This document shows positions 60,701 to 64,000 of a stretch of 64,000 bases of DNA, in pieces. Each line of letters begins with the position of its first letter. Position 1 is the stretch's first letter. The stretch is from Leucoraja erinacea (taxonomy: Eukaryota). The stretch is taken from positions 22,506,001 to 22,570,000 of the forward strand of contig NC_073386.1 of assembly GCF_028641065.1 (NCBI RefSeq), in the 5' to 3' direction. A program made the translations under genes and the position numbers. The notes beneath the pieces were generated by a model. It had not been told where the DNA came from. It saw only the letters and a list, made by a program, of their open reading frames with translations, and searched no databases.

Positions 60701-62004
60701 GACCGAGCGCATCCTGTCCGTGGTGGCGGCCTGAACAAAACGCTGTCTCCAGGGGCCTGTAAATATGTTTTTTTTTTAATGAGCCTATCATTCTTTTTAA
60801 AATACACTGTCCGAAAGTAACTAATTTCTTTGTATATATTCACCACCCCTCTCTGTTTTTGTATTAAACTGTCCCAATATACAAATCTGGTAATTAATTA
60901 TTTTAATCCTTTTAATTAGTTTGTTAACTGCTTCAAAAAAAATCCATGTAAGCTTGAATTTCTGTCATTCTATTCCACAGAGAGTTATAAAGTTTAAGGT
61001 AACATTCACATTCTGCTGTTCCCAAGATATGCCATTCAACATTTCCTCATATCCAATGTTCTAACATATTCTCACCTTTCTTGAACCCACATGGTTCATC
61101 AGAAGTATTGACATTGATGGCTATCTGCAACTCTTTTACATTCATAGATAGACATGAAATGCTGGAGTAACACAGCAGGAGAGGCTTTGGTTTAAACCAG
61201 AATTTGCAGTTCCTTCCTACGCATTTATTTTATATGCATGGTTTCTTTCAGCATACATCTTGCTGACGATCCCAGTACTTAGTTTAGTTTAGAGATACGG
61301 TGCAGAAACAGGTCCTTTGGCCCACCGAATCCACGTTGACCAGCGATCCCAACGCATTAACACCATTCTCCACACACTAGGGACAAGTTTACATACACCA
61401 AGCCAAATAACCTACTGACCTGTACGTCTTTGGAGTGCAGGAGGAAACCGAAGATCTCGGAGAAAACCCATGCGCGGTCACGGGCAGATCGTACAAACTC
61501 CGTACAGACAGCACCCGTAGTCGGGATCGAACCCGGGTCTCTGGCGCAGCGCCACCATGCCGCCCATAAAGTTTATAGTTTCCCATTTCTATTTTTCAGT
61601 CATCTCTCCAGCTGTGCCATTAATTTGGGGGGTTCTATCATTGGCCTTAATCAAAGTATGCAGCCCTTACCGTGGTCATCCTCCTACACCTACCAACAGA
61701 AAGCTTTCAGCTTTGCACACTTGAAGTGCTCATGTAAATTGATAGGATTCAAAATAATCGAGACACGACACTTGTTCATTTTTAGCAGTTTTCATTCCCA
61801 TAGGATTCCTGTAATGTGCTTCCATGTTCCAAATCTGCAAACCCATGATTATATTTCTTTCTTACTTATATGTTTCAACATTTTGAAGCTTTGAAATGAA
61901 ACTTACCTTCCTCCGACTGTCACAGCATTGACTGATAATGGCTTATCTGGGTCAGGCCCATCATAGTACAACCGTAGTTGGTGAGCGCCTTCGTTCAGTG
62001 AGAT
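51534..62004 (-). CDS. Uncharacterised protein, 3' part of a spliced gene (8 in-frame exons, 391 codons; 5' exons outside the window; terminal exon uncertain)
   Basis: complement(join(61907-62004,59658-59870,56549-56729,55519-55701,53068-53271,52590-52658,52433-52516,51534-51674)); every junction is GT-AG with a pyrimidine tract and matching phase, with no stops. Confidence 0.85.
51783..52142 (+). mobile_element. Penelope insertion with inverted 5' pLTR piece and hammerhead core (52013-52040)
   Basis: 14-bp TSD atgattaggtgcta (51769-51782, 52143-52156); 51783-51843 is the near-perfect reverse complement of 52046-52106; GSLHPGGMNIEFS GIY-YIG C-terminus. Confidence 0.85.
52433..52516 (-). CDS. 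Unknown gene exon G (IFQMKGASVLVSIADGRRDEELARYSEQ)
   Basis: cttgtgtag| acceptor (an in-frame alternative AG lies 9 nt downstream), CAA|gtaagc donor, 84 nt. Confidence 0.8.
52590..52658 (-). CDS. Unknown gene exon F (DALAALARGECPSVLDDLVQKNT)
   Basis: tttctttcacgcag| acceptor, ACT|gtaagt donor, 69 nt. Confidence 0.8.
53068..53271 (-). CDS. Unknown gene exon E (SFPRRVYNKYLALIVHLYEV...WTAFQVFSKGYCHTAIYQLPLYQGAPTQ)
   Basis: ORF 53062-53277; tttgcag| acceptor, CAG|gtatga donor, 204 nt. Confidence 0.85.
53835..54964 (-). mobile_element. Internally deleted Penelope-like element
   Basis: pLTR with mutated hammerhead core (53934-53961); GIY-YIG C-terminus (~54070-54210) fused to a GC-rich 5' ORF region; inverted pLTR piece at ~54943-54970; 15-bp TSD accttctcaa(a/g)aatg (53820-53834, 54965-54979). 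Confidence 0.75.
55519..55701 (-). CDS. Unknown gene exon D (VSVDRARNVPWSNFTLALASFNPPGAYYYGSPWAKYD...WLDNFK)
   Basis: Within ORF 55510-55878; ttgcag| acceptor, AAG|gtaata donor, 183 nt. Confidence 0.85.
56549..56729 (-). CDS. Unknown gene exon C (SFVSVREIVPMIAG...LTYISRYLTTFGIK)
   Basis: Within ORF 56540-56758; tttttcaaag| acceptor, AAG|gtatgg donor, 181 nt. Confidence 0.85.
57503..59463 (+). mobile_element. Tc1-family transposon (same family as 35568-37208), degenerate, with nested LINE
   Basis: TIR cagtgccctccataatgttt ... aaacattatggagggcactg followed by TA; transposase remnants [14 protein letters not shown] and [20 protein letters not shown]. Confidence 0.85.
58150..58812 (+). mobile_element. 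Internally deleted Rex1-like LINE nested in Tc1
   Basis: ORF 58161-58613 joins RQLWEGLNAITSYK to VVNTAQSIIG...LPSGRRYRS...RFRNSFF.KAIRLLN; ttgacttgac tail. Confidence 0.8.
59658..59870 (-). CDS. Unknown gene exon B (FIPCATLLVRLVKIQ...LGLFQPRPNYEDKVYYSDKASPTTGENDIYHAMVNR)
   Basis: ORF 59654-59845; cctttgtag| acceptor, AG|gtgagt donor, 213 nt. Confidence 0.85.
60137..60266 (+). mobile_element. Short Penelope pLTR, hammerhead-like core 60137-60164 (G12A mutated)
   Basis: CTGAAGA-AGGGTCTCAACCC-AAAAC-GTC; tttattc(t/c)ctga repeated at both ends. Confidence 0.6.
61280..61565 (-). mobile_element. HE1-like tRNA-derived V-SINE, CpG-rich (relatively young)
   Basis: Reverse complement has a gggcggcatggtggcg head, B box GGTTCGATCC, the V-core ggtgctgtctgtacggagtttgtacg and a (ctaaa)n tail. 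Confidence 0.8.
61907..62004 (-). CDS. Unknown gene exon A (ISLNEGAHQLRLYYDGPDPDKPLSVNAVTVGGR)
   Basis: tttgtttgttag| acceptor, AG|gtaagt donor, 98 nt; phase 2 matches exon B. Confidence 0.85.
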
Positions 62005-62374
62005 CTAACAAACAAAGCACTATGTAACGTTTGGTAAATATAAGCTGGATTTCCAAACAAAGATATTAGTAAAAAGATGAAATAAAATATATGATCTGTG
62101 AGGTGACAAAAATGAAATATATAAATTAACCTTGGGAACTAATGCACGTATGTAGAGCAATGTTTGTTATTCTAAATTTCCTCCGTGTCAGTTTTCCATC
62201 TAACTCTGAAGAAAGAATGTCATTGTTCCATTGTGAGTGCTTATGACAATTAAACACTCTTGACCTTTTAATCTATCGAGGTCCTGTCTGACTGTTTCCT
62301 TTGTGAGATGACAGGAAAGGCAGAATTGCCTATTTAATTTAAATTGTATGAAAAGCACTTGAACACATATCTAC

Positions 62375-62962
62375 AATCTTTCACCACCTCAGGTAATTGA
62401 GGAAATTCAGAGTGTCTCTCAGGATCCTCCAGTGCTTCTACTCAGTGGCTGTGGAAAGCATCTTGTCCGGAAACATCACGATTTGGTTTGGGAACTGCTC
62501 TGCCCAGGACAAGAAGGCTCTGCAGAGAGTAGTGCGTTTGGCCGAACGCACTATGGGAACTACACTCGCCCCCCCTGCAGGAACTATACATCAGGAGGTG
62601 CAACTCCAGAGCCAACAAGATCATGGAAGACACCTTCCACCCCAGCAACGGATTGTTCCAGCTGCTACAGTCAGGCAAATGCCTCCGTTGCCATGCTATG
62701 AGAAGGAGTTTCTTCCCAGAGGCCATTAGGACTGTAAACTCCTATCTCTCCAGGGACTAACTTTGCTGTACCTTTTTAATGTTGTGTGGTGTCTTTTTAA
62801 AATAGCTGGGTTTTTTTCCTCCCACAAATACGTAATATGTGAATATGTGTTTCTGTTCCATTCTGTTTTGTAGTTTGTTTTTTTTTGCACAATCCGCGAG
62901 AATTGCCACTTTTCATTTCACTGCACATCTCGTATGTGTATGTGATGAATAAACTTGACTTG
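62375..62962 (+). mobile_element. Rex1-like LINE 3' end
   Basis: ORF 62397-62729 FYSVAVESILSGNITIWFGNCSAQDKKALQRVVR; aataaacttgactt tail. Confidence 0.8.
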
Positions 62963-62964
62963 TC

Positions 62965-63165
62965 TAGGAAGGAACTGCAGATACTGGATTAAACCTGAAG
63001 TTAGACAAAAAGCTGAAGTAGCTCAGCAGGACAGGCAGCATCTCTAGAGAAGAAATGGGTGACCTTTCGGGTCAAGAAAGGTCTCGACCCAAAACGTCAC
63101 ACATTCCATCTCTCCTGAGATGCTGCCTGTCTTGCCAAGTTACTCCAGCTTTTTGTGTCTATATA
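62965..63165. mobile_element. Foldback pair of Penelope pLTR arms
   Basis: agacaaaaagctgaagtagctcagcaggacaggcagcatctc mirrored by gagatgctgcctgtcttgccaagttactccagctttttgtgtct around truncated hammerhead halves (63061-63099). Confidence 0.6.
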
Positions 63166-64000
63166 CAATCCTGTATTCATATGTTCAATTGGTGTTCACA
63201 CAAATCTAAGTAAATATACAATTCTGACTACTGCCATCTCTCACAGGAAGGTCAAGCACTTCTTGTATACAGAGTAATGTTATCTTCCCCTTCTGCAATA
63301 TCAACTCAATCTCAGAATGGTGAAGAGACGAGATCTGTTCCCATCAAAGCTGACTATTGTTCTATTAATTTACTCCAATTCAATTAAAGACAATTATGTT
63401 TATGAAATCCATTAAATGTGAAGGATAATTTAATAATAAACAATCAAATACTACTGCAAACAATTTGTGCTTTGGTGTAACCTTTGGCTAAAAGAATGAA
63501 TAAAATAATATTCAATGCATAATCTAATGTTTTTTTTCCCATGTTAGCAAGATTAGCTATGTTTTCACTGCTTGAAAATATAAATTATAGTGTTCGCCAT
63601 CTACAAAAATAATAGATTGAATATGGCTTCTGAGAATTCATACTCCCAGCAGAAAACTGTATACTTGAATTTCATATCATGTAATCAGAGCTATGATTCT
63701 GTAGACCTTGCTCAGGAACAGACACTGAGTGTGACCAGGAACACCAATGATGAGTACGAGAGGATAAAAATGGTACATTGTCAGTTAATTTGGGCGGACA
63801 GCAAAGGTCATGGGGAGAAGATAGGAGCATGGGATTGAGAGGGGGAAAAAAAAATCAGCCATTATTTAATTACAGAGCAGATTTGATGGGCCGAATGGCT
63901 TAACTCTGCTCCTATATCTTATAGATTTATTTAGAATATCCCATTCATATTTCATGTTCAAAGCTATGTGATTTGAATGCCTCAGTTTTATTCAGCCAAT

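Noticed and set aside
61389-61565. tRNA gene suggested by the B box GGTTCGATCC
   Set aside because: It is the tRNA-derived head of a SINE, continuous with the V-SINE core and tail; no complete cloverleaf.
51534-62004. Naming the minus-strand gene CCDC17
   Set aside because: Synteny fits, but the peptide shows only a loose motif-layout resemblance to CCDC17 as I recall it; no symbol is given without a search.
4444-63099. Recurring ~28-bp motif as a CRISPR-like repeat
   Set aside because: Copies are dispersed on both strands in a eukaryotic genome with no spacers or cas genes; explained by Penelope pLTRs.

Overview
Vertebrate genomic DNA, almost certainly from a cartilaginous fish (skate/ray-type repeats: HER1/CR1 LINE tails, HE1-like V-SINEs, Penelope pLTRs; taxon is inferred). 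Three intron-containing genes were reconstructed by hand from splice sites and reading frame. (1) A complete AKR1A1 on + (CpG island ~3.5-4.3 kb, 8 coding exons 7425-20323, 326 aa). (2) A complete NASP on + (CpG/E2F promoter ~27.0-27.6 kb, 13 coding exons 27325-47402, 608 aa), including a 591-nt frame-symmetric tNASP-type exon. (3) The 3' part of an uncharacterised gene on - (8 contiguous in-frame exons 62004-51534, 391 codons; the 5' end lies beyond the window). It sits tail-to-tail with NASP, in the slot where human has CCDC17. Introns and intergenic DNA are rich in CR1, Rex1-like and L2 LINEs, SINEs, two Tc1 copies, two Harbinger-type MITEs and a THAP-containing foldback element with an AT target duplication. 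The most notable non-genic signal is about a dozen Penelope-derived pseudo-LTR copies. Each carries a minimal hammerhead-ribozyme core (CUGAnGA-A-stemII-GAAAC-GUH) with compensatory stem changes, and several are tiny insertions with their own 8-15 bp target-site duplications.
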